Positions 47,602 through 57,510 are shown, counted from the first letter of the stretch. The stretch is DNA of 64,000 bases from Pseudomonadota bacterium (GCA_023390985.1 JAEWBU010000171.1:9708-73707), one strand, 5' to 3'. Translations and numbers: made by a program. Notes: generated by a model not told the origin, from the sequence alone.

Positions 47602-48368
47602 ATGTCGACATCGACAACCATGGCGACAGCTACAAGCTGTCCGCCGCGGTGCTGGTCTACACGAATCAGCATCGACATCACGCAATCGCCACCAAGCACA
47701 TGGTGGAAGTGGACAACGACAGTCCCCGCATCCGGCCCGGCTCGCCCTTCAGCGTGGCCGACTACAAGGTGCTGACGAGGGCACTCGCGCCGCACGAGCA
47801 GAGGATGGTCTGGCAGGACCCGAGGCTGCTCGCCTCGGGCCAAGGACGCATGCTGTGGTGGACGCCGCCGCAGAAGCGCCCCTTGTTCTTCCAGAAGAGC
47901 AAGTACAACGCCGACACGTTCGACGGCAAGGGCGTCTGCCCGTGCCCCGGGCTTGTCTGGATGGCAGAGACGGGTCAGCAAGCTGCCCTGTACGTGTACG
48001 CCGTCTCCGGCAAAGAGAAGCCGTCCAAGGCGACGAGCCTGTTCCAGGCACCGTTCTTCAACGTGTGGTCGCAAGGCAAGGTCTGTGTCGGCAATGCGGC
48101 TCTCCCTCAGGAGGACGCCCGATCAGACCCCGACGCGTGGGAGCGCATGTTCTTCGGCTCCCGGTTCACCCACCCGAACTTCACCGAAGCCGACCGCCTG
48201 ACCAAGGGCGTGAAGCCGACGGAGTTCTGGAGGGGGCAACTGGCAAGGCCCAGCAAAGCGTTCCCCGAACGCGTGCTGGTCTCGCTTGACCTAACAGTGG
48301 GCGATCTCTGCGAGATCGACTTCGATAACAAGCTGGGGGAGATCCCCCGAGCACAAGGAGAGTTCTGA
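47598..48368 (+). CDS. PRTRC system protein B (prokaryotic E2-like)
   Basis: LWWTPPQKR, LFQAPFFNVWSQGKVCVGN, FFGSRFTHPN. Confidence 0.85.
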   Translation: MNVDIDNHGDSYKLSAAVLVYTNQHRHHAIATKHMVEVDNDSPRIRPGSPFSVADYKVLTRALAPHEQRMVWQDPRLLASGQGRMLWWTPPQKRPLFFQKSKYNADTFDGKGVCPCPGLVWMAETGQQAALYVYAVSGKEKPSKATSLFQAPFFNVWSQGKVCVGNAALPQEDARSDPDAWERMFFGSRFTHPNFTEADRLTKGVKPTEFWRGQLARPSKAFPERVLVSLDLTVGDLCEIDFDNKLGEIPRAQGEF

Positions 48369-48988
48369 TGTCCACGATGGACGAAGCAATCCTGACGACG
48401 TTCCCCTCGGTGGCGGTGCCGCCCAGCGGGAATCTTCCGCCGGCGTTGGCCGGCGGCATTCGCTACCTGGTCGCCAGAAGCGGCCTCTGGCAGGAGATCA
48501 GCCTTCCCTGGATTCGGGTAGTGCGGCCGTTCACCGGCCCGGGCGAAAGCCCGCTGCCCTATGGCGAGCTGCAGCCGGTCATCGACCTGCGCTGCGGCCC
48601 GCTGCCCATGGGGCTTGTGCGCGAGTTCATCGCTGGCGCGCGCGAAGCGGCTCCCCTGGAGTGCGCCGCGGCGCTGGTGTGGTCGGACGAAAGCAGCTGG
48701 CGGCTGGCGTGGCGAGAAGCCAAGTCGGCAGGAAGCGGTCACATCGACTACAACGAGGTGACGCTGGCGGACGGGGAGCACCTGGTCGTGGACATGCACA
48801 GCCATGGCCACTACGAAGCGTACTTCTCGCTCGAGGACAACGAGGACGATCGCGGAAGCATGAAGTTCAGCCTGGTGGTTGGCAGCTTCAACGGAGACGC
48901 GCCCACATCTGCGATGCGCCTGTGCATGCTCGGCCTCGTCCGAAATGCAGTGGCGGACCGCGACGGAAAGGTGGAGGTGAGCGCATGA
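48368..48988 (+). CDS. PRTRC system protein A (JAB peptidase)
   Basis: PLECAA, DMHSHGHYEAYFSLEDNEDD. Confidence 0.85.
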   Translation: MSTMDEAILTTFPSVAVPPSGNLPPALAGGIRYLVARSGLWQEISLPWIRVVRPFTGPGESPLPYGELQPVIDLRCGPLPMGLVREFIAGAREAAPLECAAALVWSDESSWRLAWREAKSAGSGHIDYNEVTLADGEHLVVDMHSHGHYEAYFSLEDNEDDRGSMKFSLVVGSFNGDAPTSAMRLCMLGLVRNAVADRDGKVEVSA

Positions 48989-49869
48989 GCGCGCAGCTGC
49001 ATCGGATACCGGCGGAGCTCGTCGTCAAGCAGGTCAACGTACTGCTCGTCGGAGCAGGCGGCACCGGCAGTCGCATCCTGGAGCGCCTTGTGTGTCTGCA
49101 CAAGGCGCTGCTGGCCCTCGGCCACCCGGCGGGACTCGCGGTGACGGTGATCGACCCGGACAAGGTGTCCCCCTCCAACATCGGGCGGCAGCTGTTCTAT
49201 CCGGGCGACGTGGGCCACTACAAGGCCGACGTCCTGGTGAACAGGGCGAACATGCAACTGGGCAACACCCGCTGGGAAAGTCAGCCGCACAAGCTGGGCA
49301 CAGCATCGTCGGGACTGGACGGCTTCAGTCTCGTGATCGGTGCGGTGGACAACCGCTCGGCACGACTGGCAATCCTGCGGTGCCTGGAGAACTGCGCCGG
49401 CGGCGTCCGCTACTGGCTGGACTGCGGCAACCGCGCTGAGGACGGCCAGGTCGTGCTCGGTCAGGTGGTTTCGCGCAAGCGAGCGACCGAGGACAAGCTG
49501 CGCCTGCCCCACGTTGGCGAGTTGTACCCGGAGCTGGTCGACCCGGCGGCCGAGGACCCCGACGATGGGCCGTCGTGCTCGCTGGCCGAAGCGCTGGAGA
49601 AGCAGTCGCTGTTCATCAACCCGGCCGTGGCGGACTTCGCCATGGTGCTGCTCTGGAACCTCTTCACCAAGGGCCAGATCGACACCCACGGCGCCTTCAT
49701 CAACTTGCAGCGGATGGTTGTATCGCCGCTGAAGGTGGATCCGGAGGTCTGGGCGCGCTTCGGCGTGATCCGTGACGGCCGCCGGCGCAAGCTCGTGCGA
49801 CCTTCGGTGATCGCGAAGCATGCGCTCAAGAACGCTGCCAACGACAGCAAGAAGACGATCGCCGCGTAA
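48985..49869 (+). CDS. PRTRC system ThiF/E1-family protein
   Basis: VGAGGTGS, DPDKVSPSNIGRQLF, AVDN, WLDCGN, PSCSLAEALEKQSLFIN. Confidence 0.9.
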   Translation: MSAQLHRIPAELVVKQVNVLLVGAGGTGSRILERLVCLHKALLALGHPAGLAVTVIDPDKVSPSNIGRQLFYPGDVGHYKADVLVNRANMQLGNTRWESQPHKLGTASSGLDGFSLVIGAVDNRSARLAILRCLENCAGGVRYWLDCGNRAEDGQVVLGQVVSRKRATEDKLRLPHVGELYPELVDPAAEDPDDGPSCSLAEALEKQSLFINPAVADFAMVLLWNLFTKGQIDTHGAFINLQRMVVSPLKVDPEVWARFGVIRDGRRRKLVRPSVIAKHALKNAANDSKKTIAA

Positions 49870-49882
49870 GCGGCACCCTGAG

Positions 49883-49919
49883 AGGGCCTGGTGCGAAAGC
49901 GCCGGGCCCTTTTCTTTTT
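49883..49919 (+). terminator. Intrinsic terminator
   Basis: AGGGCCTGGTGC-GAAA-GCGCCGGGCCCT followed by a T run. Confidence 0.75.
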
Positions 49920-49921
49920 GG

Positions 49922-51700
49922 TCAACCGGAAGCGCTAACGGACGCCAACAGTTCTTTCCAGTTGGCCCTGACCTGCAGGTCGGCTTCCGCGATGTTCGTG
50001 TGCGCCGTGGAGCTGACCCAGAGGACGGCGCAGTTCTTCGCACGCGTCATGGCAACGTACATCAGGCGTCGCTCGGCCTCCGGGTGCAGGAGCGTCGAAC
50101 CGTCCTCGACCTTGTTGGCGTCGATGATGTGCACGGTTTCAAACTCCAGGCCCTTGGCTCCGTGCATGGTCATGAGGGTGATCTTCGCCGCCTCGTCGCG
50201 CTGCTTGCGCTGGACGGTCTGGAGCCTGGCGGACAGCGTGCCTTTGAGGCGGTTGGCCAGGATCTCGGAACACAGGGACAGCAGGTACTTGTGGTGATCG
50301 TTGCGCGTCCAGCTGCCGTAGACCTGGGCGACTTCCAGGACCACCTCTCGAACCGACCCGCCGGCGTGAGAGCCACCGGCGCGCAGCTGGCGGCGCCAGT
50401 AGCTCAAGTCCTTCGCGATTGCCTGAAGCGTTGACTTGTCCGCGGCGGTGGCCGAGCCGAGGTCGGGGACCGTGCCGTCCAGGAAGGACGCCACGTTGCC
50501 GCGGTGAACATCCAGCAGCTCATGCCGAGTGCTGGGGTCGATGTTTCGCAGCTGCAGCACCGACAGCATGCCCGCGGGGGAGCCATCGAGCAGAGTTTGC
50601 AGGAGACCCAAATAGCCCGCGATCGCGGATTGCTCCCAGATCGACTTCCCCAGGCGGGTGTAGCTGATGCCGCGGCCGCGCAGGACGATTTCCAATGCGT
50701 CGAGCGAGCGATTCGTGCGCGCGAGGACTGCCGCGTTGGTGTGCTTCTCCGGCAGGGCCTCCATCAGGTCCCCCACCATTTCGTTCTGCTTGGCGCCGGC
50801 CATGAAGGCTGCCATGCAGCCGCCGCTTGCCCGCTTGGCCACCAGGTGCTTGACCAGCCGTTTTTGGTTCCTAGAAATCAGGGTCACCGCCGGCGTCAGC
50901 ACCTCAGAGCGGCAGCGGAAGTTGTCGCCCAGTTCGATGCGGCGCGCCTGGAATGTGTCGAGGAACGACTTCATGCCCTCGTAGCCCAAGGCGTTGCGCC
51001 ACTCGTAAATGCTCTGGTCGTCGTCCCCTACGATCGTCACGCGGCAGCCCGCGCGCGCGTGGGCGAAGATCCACATGCGCTGCAGGCCGTCCGTGTCCTG
51101 GCCCTCGTCCACCAGCATGTCGGTGTAGGGCAGAGGGGCCAAGCTGCCGTCCGTGGCGCGCAGGGCCACATCCCGCATGACGGTGTACAGGTCGATGTTC
51201 CCGGTAGCTGCAACGAGCTTGCGGTAGTGGGCGACGACGCGGTGGGTCAGTGAGCTCACGTCCACGCTGTCCGGGTCGGCGGCGTACATCACCTGCTCGA
51301 ACCCCTTCTGGACGTCCGCCCAATCGTCCTTGTCCACGTTGCAGGCGAACGCGGCATCTCGATACAGGAAGTCCTGGGCCTGGGGTCCGAGCAGCTTCTT
51401 GGTGAGGCCGTCTCGCTTGAGGTGTCGCAGCGCGATGCTGTGGAACGTGCCGATCAGCACCCGGCTCTCGTCGGGGGCGCGGAGATTCGCTGCGGACAGT
51501 GCCGTCAGGAGGCGCTTGCGCATCTCCTCGGCGGCCTCCTTCGTAAAGGTGACCATCACCAGGGACCGGTCGGGATCGCGAAGGATGCGCCGTGCTTTGG
51601 CGATGGAGGTGGAAGTCTTGCCAGACCCAGGTCCGGCCACGATCAACAGGTGTCCGTCGTGGTTGACGGCCTCGAGCTGGGGCGTGGTGAGTTTGGACAT
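49922..51700 (-). CDS. UvrD/Rep-family SF1 helicase
   Basis: AGPGSGKT, VDEGQD, VGDDDQSIYEWR, NFRC, TMHGAKGLEF, ERRLMYVAMTRAK. Confidence 0.92.
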   Translation of the reverse strand: MSKLTTPQLEAVNHDGHLLIVAGPGSGKTSTSIAKARRILRDPDRSLVMVTFTKEAAEEMRKRLLTALSAANLRAPDESRVLIGTFHSIALRHLKRDGLTKKLLGPQAQDFLYRDAAFACNVDKDDWADVQKGFEQVMYAADPDSVDVSSLTHRVVAHYRKLVAATGNIDLYTVMRDVALRATDGSLAPLPYTDMLVDEGQDTDGLQRMWIFAHARAGCRVTIVGDDDQSIYEWRNALGYEGMKSFLDTFQARRIELGDNFRCRSEVLTPAVTLISRNQKRLVKHLVAKRASGGCMAAFMAGAKQNEMVGDLMEALPEKHTNAAVLARTNRSLDALEIVLRGRGISYTRLGKSIWEQSAIAGYLGLLQTLLDGSPAGMLSVLQLRNIDPSTRHELLDVHRGNVASFLDGTVPDLGSATAADKSTLQAIAKDLSYWRRQLRAGGSHAGGSVREVVLEVAQVYGSWTRNDHHKYLLSLCSEILANRLKGTLSARLQTVQRKQRDEAAKITLMTMHGAKGLEFETVHIIDANKVEDGSTLLHPEAERRLMYVAMTRAKNCAVLWVSSTAHTNIAEADLQVRANWKELLASVSASG

Positions 51701-51755
51701 AGGCTAGGAAAAAAATGAAGCCGCCCGGGGGCGGCTTTCAAGCTGCTACTGCAGA

Positions 51756-52685
51756 TCAGGCGCTGGTCGCACCGGCCGGCGCGACCTCGCCAGCAGGCGC
51801 CGCCGCGGCAACGGAGTGGGCGGGGTCGTCCGCGGCGGGCTTCTTGCGCGCGCTGCCCGTCTTGCGGGCCGGCGCGCCGGCGGCGGCTGCAGAGGCGGCT
51901 GCAGCGTCGGAAAGCATCTGGGACGCGGCATCACCGGTCATCGGGGTGTCGCCGTCCTGCGTAGCCTCGTGCTGGGATTCCTGGGAGAACTTCTCGATCT
52001 CCTTGCCCTGCTCGGCCAGCAGCTGGTCGCGTTGCGGATCGGCCTGGCCCTTGCTGTGCTGCTCGCGCTGGAGGCGCTGTGCTTCGCGGTACAGCTTGAA
52101 GACCTCCTGCTCCATGGTCGCCCGGAAGGCGCGCAGAGCCTTCTTGCAGGTCCATTCCACCTGCGCGCGTTGCTGCGAATCCAGCAGACCCCACAGGTTG
52201 GCGCTGCCGGAGAGGATGTAGACGCGATCCATCAGCATCAGCATTTCCAGGTACACCCGCGCCTGGGCCGCGATGATCGGCACGTCCACCTTGAGGGTCT
52301 GCGGATACAGGCTCAGGGCCTCGTCGCGGTGCTTGCCGGCCTGCTCCAGGATCTTCTTCAGACGCTGGTCCCAGTTGCCGATCAGCGTCTGGATGTTCTG
52401 CAGCTTCGCGGTGCCGAGGGTGGCGAAGCGATCCAGAAGTTCGGTGTTGAAGCCGTGCCAGGAGCGGTACTGGTACTCCATGTACAGCTGCTTGGACAGG
52501 TAGGCGAAGTCCTTGCGGAAGAAGCGGATCGCCACGGGCGAGGCGAGCGTCTGGTCTTCCAGGACGAGGACGGGGCTTTGAAACGTGTGGACGAACTTCT
52601 CGTCGAACAGGTTCTGGATCGCGCTGACGTGCCGCGCACGGCGCTCCGCCAGGGCCGTGTCGACGGCGGGGGGATTGGTGGTCAT
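51756..52685 (-). CDS. AcaB/DUF1845-like transcriptional regulator candidate
   Basis: YPQTLKVDVPIIAAQARVYLEMLMLMDRVY..LWGLLDSQQR resembles, from memory, the IncC AcaB helical domain; same divergent position relative to an AAA/ssb/DUF3150 operon. Confidence 0.55.
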   Translation of the reverse strand: MTTNPPAVDTALAERRARHVSAIQNLFDEKFVHTFQSPVLVLEDQTLASPVAIRFFRKDFAYLSKQLYMEYQYRSWHGFNTELLDRFATLGTAKLQNIQTLIGNWDQRLKKILEQAGKHRDEALSLYPQTLKVDVPIIAAQARVYLEMLMLMDRVYILSGSANLWGLLDSQQRAQVEWTCKKALRAFRATMEQEVFKLYREAQRLQREQHSKGQADPQRDQLLAEQGKEIEKFSQESQHEATQDGDTPMTGDAASQMLSDAAAASAAAAGAPARKTGSARKKPAADDPAHSVAAAAPAGEVAPAGATSA

Positions 52686-52853
52686 GTCGGGACTCCTGAA
52701 CAGAAAAGACTGCCCAGTGAATCTAGGCTCGGGGCTGGCCTACCCTGCGCGCGCCAAACTGCTATTTCGGGCGATTGGCGCGCGATGTGAGCCTCCGGCA
52801 CGCAAGGGACGGCGGCCGGCGAATGGGACGCGATGCCTCGCTGGGGCAAGTTG

Positions 52854-52895
52854 GACCCGCATCCGTTGACCGCCGCGCCAAGGCGATTTCATAAT
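52854..52895 (+). promoter_or_regulatory. GACCCGCAG-box promoter, copy 8
   Basis: GACCCGCAT-CCG-TTGACC-N18-CATAAT. Confidence 0.7.
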
Positions 52896-53009
52896 GAGCG
52901 CGTCACTCGGTAGCCGAGGGGCAGTGCACCTGGGACACTCAAACCTTCCGAGGCACGACAGGCCCTTCGCGACGGCGGATGGCAGCCGCAAGGCAGAACT
53001 AACAAGAAG

Positions 53010-53208
53010 ACGGCCGCTGCAACCATGGCGGCCCATGGGGGGCGCCAAGTGCGTCCCGTCCATGAAAGCGCAGGGCAAGACCTGACGGCTAGCGAACTAG
53101 CTGTGAGGTCTTTCTCGACGCAAGTCGGTAAAGGCTGCGAGCAATCGCAGTTGCAGACCAGGTGTCTGCCATCAACTAGGTGAGACGCACCCTTCGGGTG
53201 TCCTCATC
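53010..53208 (+). ncRNA. Candidate structured non-coding RNA (tandem hairpins with stable tetraloops)
   Basis: Hairpins at 53077-53112 (CGAA loop), 53116-53127 (GCAA), 53133-53152 (GCAA), 53153-53169 and 53179-53208 (cTTCGg); no credible ORF. Confidence 0.55.
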
Positions 53209-53210
53209 AA

Positions 53211-53266
53211 CATCGTCAACTCCCTCCAAGGGCACTCCCATGCCCTGAGGGCGGAGCGCTTTTGGG
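53211..53266 (+). promoter_or_regulatory. Conserved structured 5' leader, copy 8
   Basis: AGGGCA/TGCCCT stem versus CCAAGGGCACTCC/GGAGCGCTTTTGG. Confidence 0.55.
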
Positions 53267-53288
53267 ATCACTTCGTTAAGAGGTCATC

Positions 53289-53411
53289 ATGAAAGCTGCT
53301 GTCGTCAGCATCGCCGTCGCCATCGTGGGTTACTTCGCTGTCGGCACCCTGGATACCGGCAAGGCGATCCAGGCCAAGCGCGCTGCAGCCATCGAGGCCG
53401 CTGCGCAGTGA
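53289..53411 (+). CDS. 40-aa membrane/secreted peptide (not in ORF track)
   Basis: MKAAVVSIAVAIVGYFAVGTLDTGKAIQAKRAAAIEAAAQ; AAGAGG RBS; typical codons. Confidence 0.6.
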   Translation: MKAAVVSIAVAIVGYFAVGTLDTGKAIQAKRAAAIEAAAQ

Positions 53412-53606
53412 ACGAGACTCGGGAAGGCCTGTGGCCTTCCCGCGGTCCCATCTCTCTTCCCACTTCCACCCTTCGCGCTCCACCGCCTTCAACGGCCATT
53501 GCCAAGTCGCCCACCACAGGGCATTTCGCAATGTCCGGTGTTCAACACCGCGACCGTCTGCCTCAGTGCAGACATTCACCGCCGGGCGCTTCCTGCGCCC
53601 GCGCAT

Positions 53607-53652
53607 CATCAACCCGACCGGGGCTCCACGCCCCGGAAGGGTTGTGGGCTCC
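53607..53652 (+). promoter_or_regulatory. Conserved structured 5' leader, copy 9
   Basis: CATCAAC, CCGGGGC/GCCCCGG stem versus GGGGCTCCAC/GTGGGCTCC. Confidence 0.6.
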
Positions 53653-53712
53653 AGTCGAAAGCTGGAGGCCTAACGATGCAAGTCATCACCGCCTGCTGGC
53701 CGGAGAAATCCG

Positions 53713-54339
53713 ATGCAGGCCACAGCCGCTAGCGGCGGCTACCAGCTGCACCTTGCCCTCTTCCCGCACCACGTCATCCAGGCTGTGGAGCAGGAGGCAG
53801 AGCGCAAGGCCCAGCGCCGCGAGCACCGCGCCGCGGCAGCCCCCGCGCGACGCCGACCACGCATGTGGTCGGACACGCGGGAGCTGTTCGACGCGCTCGA
53901 TCCCCAGCAGCTGCAAGAGCCGCTGCTGGAGACCGGCGGCACCAACGAACTGGACTGTGACCCTTCCCTGGACCTGTACGAACCGGTAGAGGTCGAAGCC
54001 GCGCAAGCGGTCGAGGACTCCGCCGGATGGTCGGACCAGGCGATGCTGGAGCTGCACGAAGCGGTGCTCATGCACTCGCTGGAGGCGCTCAAGTCTCGGG
54101 GTAACGGTGCAGAGAAGCGCGACGTCCTCAAGTGGATCTTCGCGCCCCAACGCTACGTGGCCACGCTGACGGTTGGCGGCCACGCCGAGGAGGTTCTTCT
54201 GCCTCCTGAACTCACCCCCTTCTCCTTCGAGATGTGCTGTCGCATCTGCAACTACCACTCGGATGCCTTCATGGACGGTCTGAAGTACGTGTTGCGCAAG
54301 AAGGGGCTCGGACACCTCTTTAACGAGATTGCCCAATGA
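53713..54339 (+). CDS. Hypothetical protein
   Basis: GGAG RBS; coupled to the AAA ATPase gene. Confidence 0.7.
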   Translation: MQATAASGGYQLHLALFPHHVIQAVEQEAERKAQRREHRAAAAPARRRPRMWSDTRELFDALDPQQLQEPLLETGGTNELDCDPSLDLYEPVEVEAAQAVEDSAGWSDQAMLELHEAVLMHSLEALKSRGNGAEKRDVLKWIFAPQRYVATLTVGGHAEEVLLPPELTPFSFEMCCRICNYHSDAFMDGLKYVLRKKGLGHLFNEIAQ

Positions 54340-55337
54340 ACGAGAACCAAACGACGGCGGCGCCTGCGGCGCTGTCCGCACCCAAGGCGCGCGCGTACAC
54401 CGTGCGCGACACCTTCGGCCTGACGAGCGCACCGCCCACGGCGGTCATCGCGGGCCTGGAACCCGGCCTGGCCAACGTGCCGCCGGCGAACCAGCACTAC
54501 GTCTTCGAAGAAGACACGCTGCGCCAGCTGCACATGTTCTGGGCCAGCGGCAACCGCGCGCTGCTGATCGAGGGGGACCCCTCGGCCGGCAAGACCTCGC
54601 TCTTCGAGCAGTTCCACGCGCGCCTGAACGTGCCCCTGTACAAGGTGGCCTGCTCCCCGAGCACGGAGACCTACCACCTCATCGGCCAGTACGTGCCGCG
54701 CGAGGACGGACACGGCCTGCGCTGGGTGGATGGTCCGGTCGTGCGGGCGTGCCGTGAGGGCACCTCGGTGCTGCTGGACGAAGGCAACACCCTGGACCCT
54801 GGCGTGGCCACTGGGATGAACATGCTCCTGGAGGGCTACTCCTGGACCATCCCGGAGACTGGCGAGACCATCATGCCTGCCAGGACCACGCGGTTCTTCA
54901 TGACGCAGAACGCGGTGGACAGCAAGGTCATGGTGGCCGGACGCCAAGTCCAGGACGCCGCCTTCGATGACCGCTGGTCGTACATGCGTGTCACCTATCT
55001 CCGCCCCGAGCTGGAGGAAGAGCTGATCGTGAAGTACCTGAGCAACGGCAAGGTGCCGCCGGAGGTGGTGCAGAACACCGCCAAGATCGTGGTGGCTGTG
55101 GCCAACAAGGTGCGCGAGGCGTTCCGCAACGACGCCCCGGGCATCGACAAGCCGCTGTCCACGCGCGTGCTGATGCGCTGGGCCATGTACACGCTGATGT
55201 ACACCGGCCCGATGCGCGCCAAGCGAAAGAGCGCGCTGCACTACGCCGTCAACCAAGCGGTCCCAATGTCGCGCGACATGGCCGCGGCGCTGCAGGAGCA
55301 GATCACGCTGGTGGCGGGCTACGGCCCGGACCTGTGA
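54336..55337 (+). CDS. MoxR-like AAA+ ATPase (CbbQ/NorQ/CobS type)
   Basis: GDPSAGKTS, WVDGPV, LLDEGN, MTQN, QDAAFDDRW, LSTRVLMRW. Confidence 0.88.
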   Translation: MNENQTTAAPAALSAPKARAYTVRDTFGLTSAPPTAVIAGLEPGLANVPPANQHYVFEEDTLRQLHMFWASGNRALLIEGDPSAGKTSLFEQFHARLNVPLYKVACSPSTETYHLIGQYVPREDGHGLRWVDGPVVRACREGTSVLLDEGNTLDPGVATGMNMLLEGYSWTIPETGETIMPARTTRFFMTQNAVDSKVMVAGRQVQDAAFDDRWSYMRVTYLRPELEEELIVKYLSNGKVPPEVVQNTAKIVVAVANKVREAFRNDAPGIDKPLSTRVLMRWAMYTLMYTGPMRAKRKSALHYAVNQAVPMSRDMAAALQEQITLVAGYGPDL

Positions 55338-56065
55338 TGAGCGAGCTCTACACGATCTACCAGCACCCCGAGAGGGGTGACTGGGGATTCGCCAGGGCCG
55401 CGGGTGGCCAGAAGGTGCGCACGGCAGCAGTCGAGCGCGCCGGACGGCTGCGGATCGTCGACGTCCATCCGGTCAGGCTGGGCGCCATGTTGCAGGACAA
55501 GGTGCGCAGTGGCTTCAAGCAACTGCCGCAACCGAAGTACCTGCACGTGGCCGGCGAAGGCGACGCTCTCCAGGGCGAATTCGTCACCGAGCACCCGGAC
55601 CTGCGCGTCGTGCACCTGCACGGCGAGCGGATCTTCTTCGTCGCGATCCCCAGCAACGGGGACGTGGGCGAGTTGGTCGCGTCGTGGCGCCAGGCTCTGG
55701 ACGACGCACCCGGGCCGGCCGAGCACGAGCGCGAGGCGTGGTTGCAGCACTGCAGCCGCGCAACGCAGTACGTGCCTGCGCTGAGCAACGACCCCAGCGC
55801 AGCCCTCGTGGTCGCGCAGTGGGCGAAAAGCGGTGGCCATCCGATGGTCGCCGGCGAGATCTGTCTGCCCACCGGGGCGCCGGAGAAGCAACGCTACGAA
55901 TGGCGTGCCTACCTGGCTAACTGGATGAAGGCCGACCTGGTCGCGGAAGCGCTGGCCCACCTGGGCTGGCCGCTCCATGAGGTGCTGGCGGTCACGCCTG
56001 CACCAGTCACAACAACCGAATCTGCCGAGGACTGGTTCCAGACCTCACAGCAGTGTTCCTTCTAG
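55337..56065 (+). CDS. Hypothetical protein
   Basis: Coupled ORF of about 242 aa. Confidence 0.7.
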   Translation: MSELYTIYQHPERGDWGFARAAGGQKVRTAAVERAGRLRIVDVHPVRLGAMLQDKVRSGFKQLPQPKYLHVAGEGDALQGEFVTEHPDLRVVHLHGERIFFVAIPSNGDVGELVASWRQALDDAPGPAEHEREAWLQHCSRATQYVPALSNDPSAALVVAQWAKSGGHPMVAGEICLPTGAPEKQRYEWRAYLANWMKADLVAEALAHLGWPLHEVLAVTPAPVTTTESAEDWFQTSQQCSF

Positions 56066-56075
56066 GAAAAACCAG

Positions 56076-57089
56076 ATGGACAAACTGTTCTACTACCTGG
56101 GCCTGAGCATCTTCGGCATGCTGGCCATGGGTGTGCGGATCTTCTTCATCGTGACGCGCCCCGCCGTTCGCGGCGTGGCCACCAGACTCGGCGGCAAGCC
56201 GCCGCAGCTGCGCACGGTGAAGGTGGAAACCGGACCTGCCTCAGTGCAGGTCCAGGTGCCCGAGGCGATCGAAGCCGAGGACACGGGGCCGGAGACGGTC
56301 TTCATCAACGAAAGCAACTTCGCTGGTGCTGACCGCATCGTCTCGATCAAGTTGGATCCGCCGGTCGGCACGCTGTACCTGCGCCTCTTCCACAAGGAGC
56401 GCACGGTGAAGCGGGAGCTGATCATCTGGGAGCCGAAGCTCAAGCGCCTCATGGGCGGCCGCAAGCACGAGCTCCCGGACGTGAGGTACGACGCGCTGGA
56501 CGGCCTCGACCCGATCAAGGACGAGTCGATCAGCATGGTCGAAGCGCTCATCAACGAGCGCGGCAACGAGAAGGTGAAGGGCGTCAAGCCGCCGAAGAAG
56601 GCGGACCCGCTCACTCGCCCCAAGGACTCGGAGGCGCCTGCCAGGGCGCAGCCTGCTCCGCAACCTGCGGCTCCTGCGGCTCCTGCGGCTCCTGCGGCTC
56701 CTGCGCCGGTGGCGCAACTTGCCATGCGGCAGGCGGCTCCCGAGCAACGCCAGCAGGTCACGGCGCCCGATGACCGGGTGTTCGTGCCCAAGGCGCGCGA
56801 TGGCTTCACCTACATCGGTCAGCTGCTCCAAGGTGGGCCGCGGACCGTGAATCCCCGCGGGCGCAGTCCGTACGAGGTGTTCGAGGCCACGATCAGGCTC
56901 GACAACGGAGCGGAACTGCCGCTGCGCGGCGCAGAGCTCGAGCGCGCGCTGGTGCAGGCCGGATGCGAGAAGGGCGACAGAATCTCGGTCACGCCCATGG
57001 GCAAGGTGCCCGTGGAACTTGGCAACGGCGGCAGGGGCGAGAAGAACCTGTACAAGGTCCAGAAGATGGCCCAAGCCGCGAGGAACTGA
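56076..57089 (+). CDS. Membrane-anchored hypothetical protein with PAA-repeat linker
   Basis: N-terminal TM; (CCTGCGGCT)4 at about 56664-56699. Confidence 0.7.
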   Translation: MDKLFYYLGLSIFGMLAMGVRIFFIVTRPAVRGVATRLGGKPPQLRTVKVETGPASVQVQVPEAIEAEDTGPETVFINESNFAGADRIVSIKLDPPVGTLYLRLFHKERTVKRELIIWEPKLKRLMGGRKHELPDVRYDALDGLDPIKDESISMVEALINERGNEKVKGVKPPKKADPLTRPKDSEAPARAQPAPQPAAPAAPAAPAAPAPVAQLAMRQAAPEQRQQVTAPDDRVFVPKARDGFTYIGQLLQGGPRTVNPRGRSPYEVFEATIRLDNGAELPLRGAELERALVQAGCEKGDRISVTPMGKVPVELGNGGRGEKNLYKVQKMAQAARN

Positions 57090-57093
57090 TCGC

Positions 57094-57510
57094 ATGCCTT
57101 TCGTGATGAACGCAACCGGCCGCCTGGCTCATGAACCGCAGCTGAACGTCGGAAGGGGTATGCCCTGGACGGAGTTCCGGCTGTTGGACAACCGGTTCAA
57201 GGCCGGCGAGCCGATCGTGGAAGCGGTGACGTTCGTGGCCTTCGGCGAGTTGGCGGAGCAGTTCTGCCAGCGAGTCGAGAAAGGCCAGGAGATCACCGCG
57301 TGGGGTCACCAGCAGACCGAGAAGTTCACGGGCAACGACAAGGTCGAGCGGACCCGTACGCGCTTCGTGCTCTTCGAGTTCGTGCCCGGTCGGCGCCCTG
57401 CGCGATCCCGAGCCGCGGAGAACGAGGCGCGCACCGCGGCGCCGCCGCGCACACCTTCGGGTGACGATGGCGGCAACGACGACGGCGCCGGTCGCGATTC
57501 GATGATCTAA
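57094..57510 (+). CDS. ssb: Single-stranded DNA-binding protein (SSB-like)
   Basis: GRLAHEPQL, FVAFGELAE..VEKGQEI..G..TEKF, acidic tail. Confidence 0.75.
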   Translation: MPFVMNATGRLAHEPQLNVGRGMPWTEFRLLDNRFKAGEPIVEAVTFVAFGELAEQFCQRVEKGQEITAWGHQQTEKFTGNDKVERTRTRFVLFEFVPGRRPARSRAAENEARTAAPPRTPSGDDGGNDDGAGRDSMI

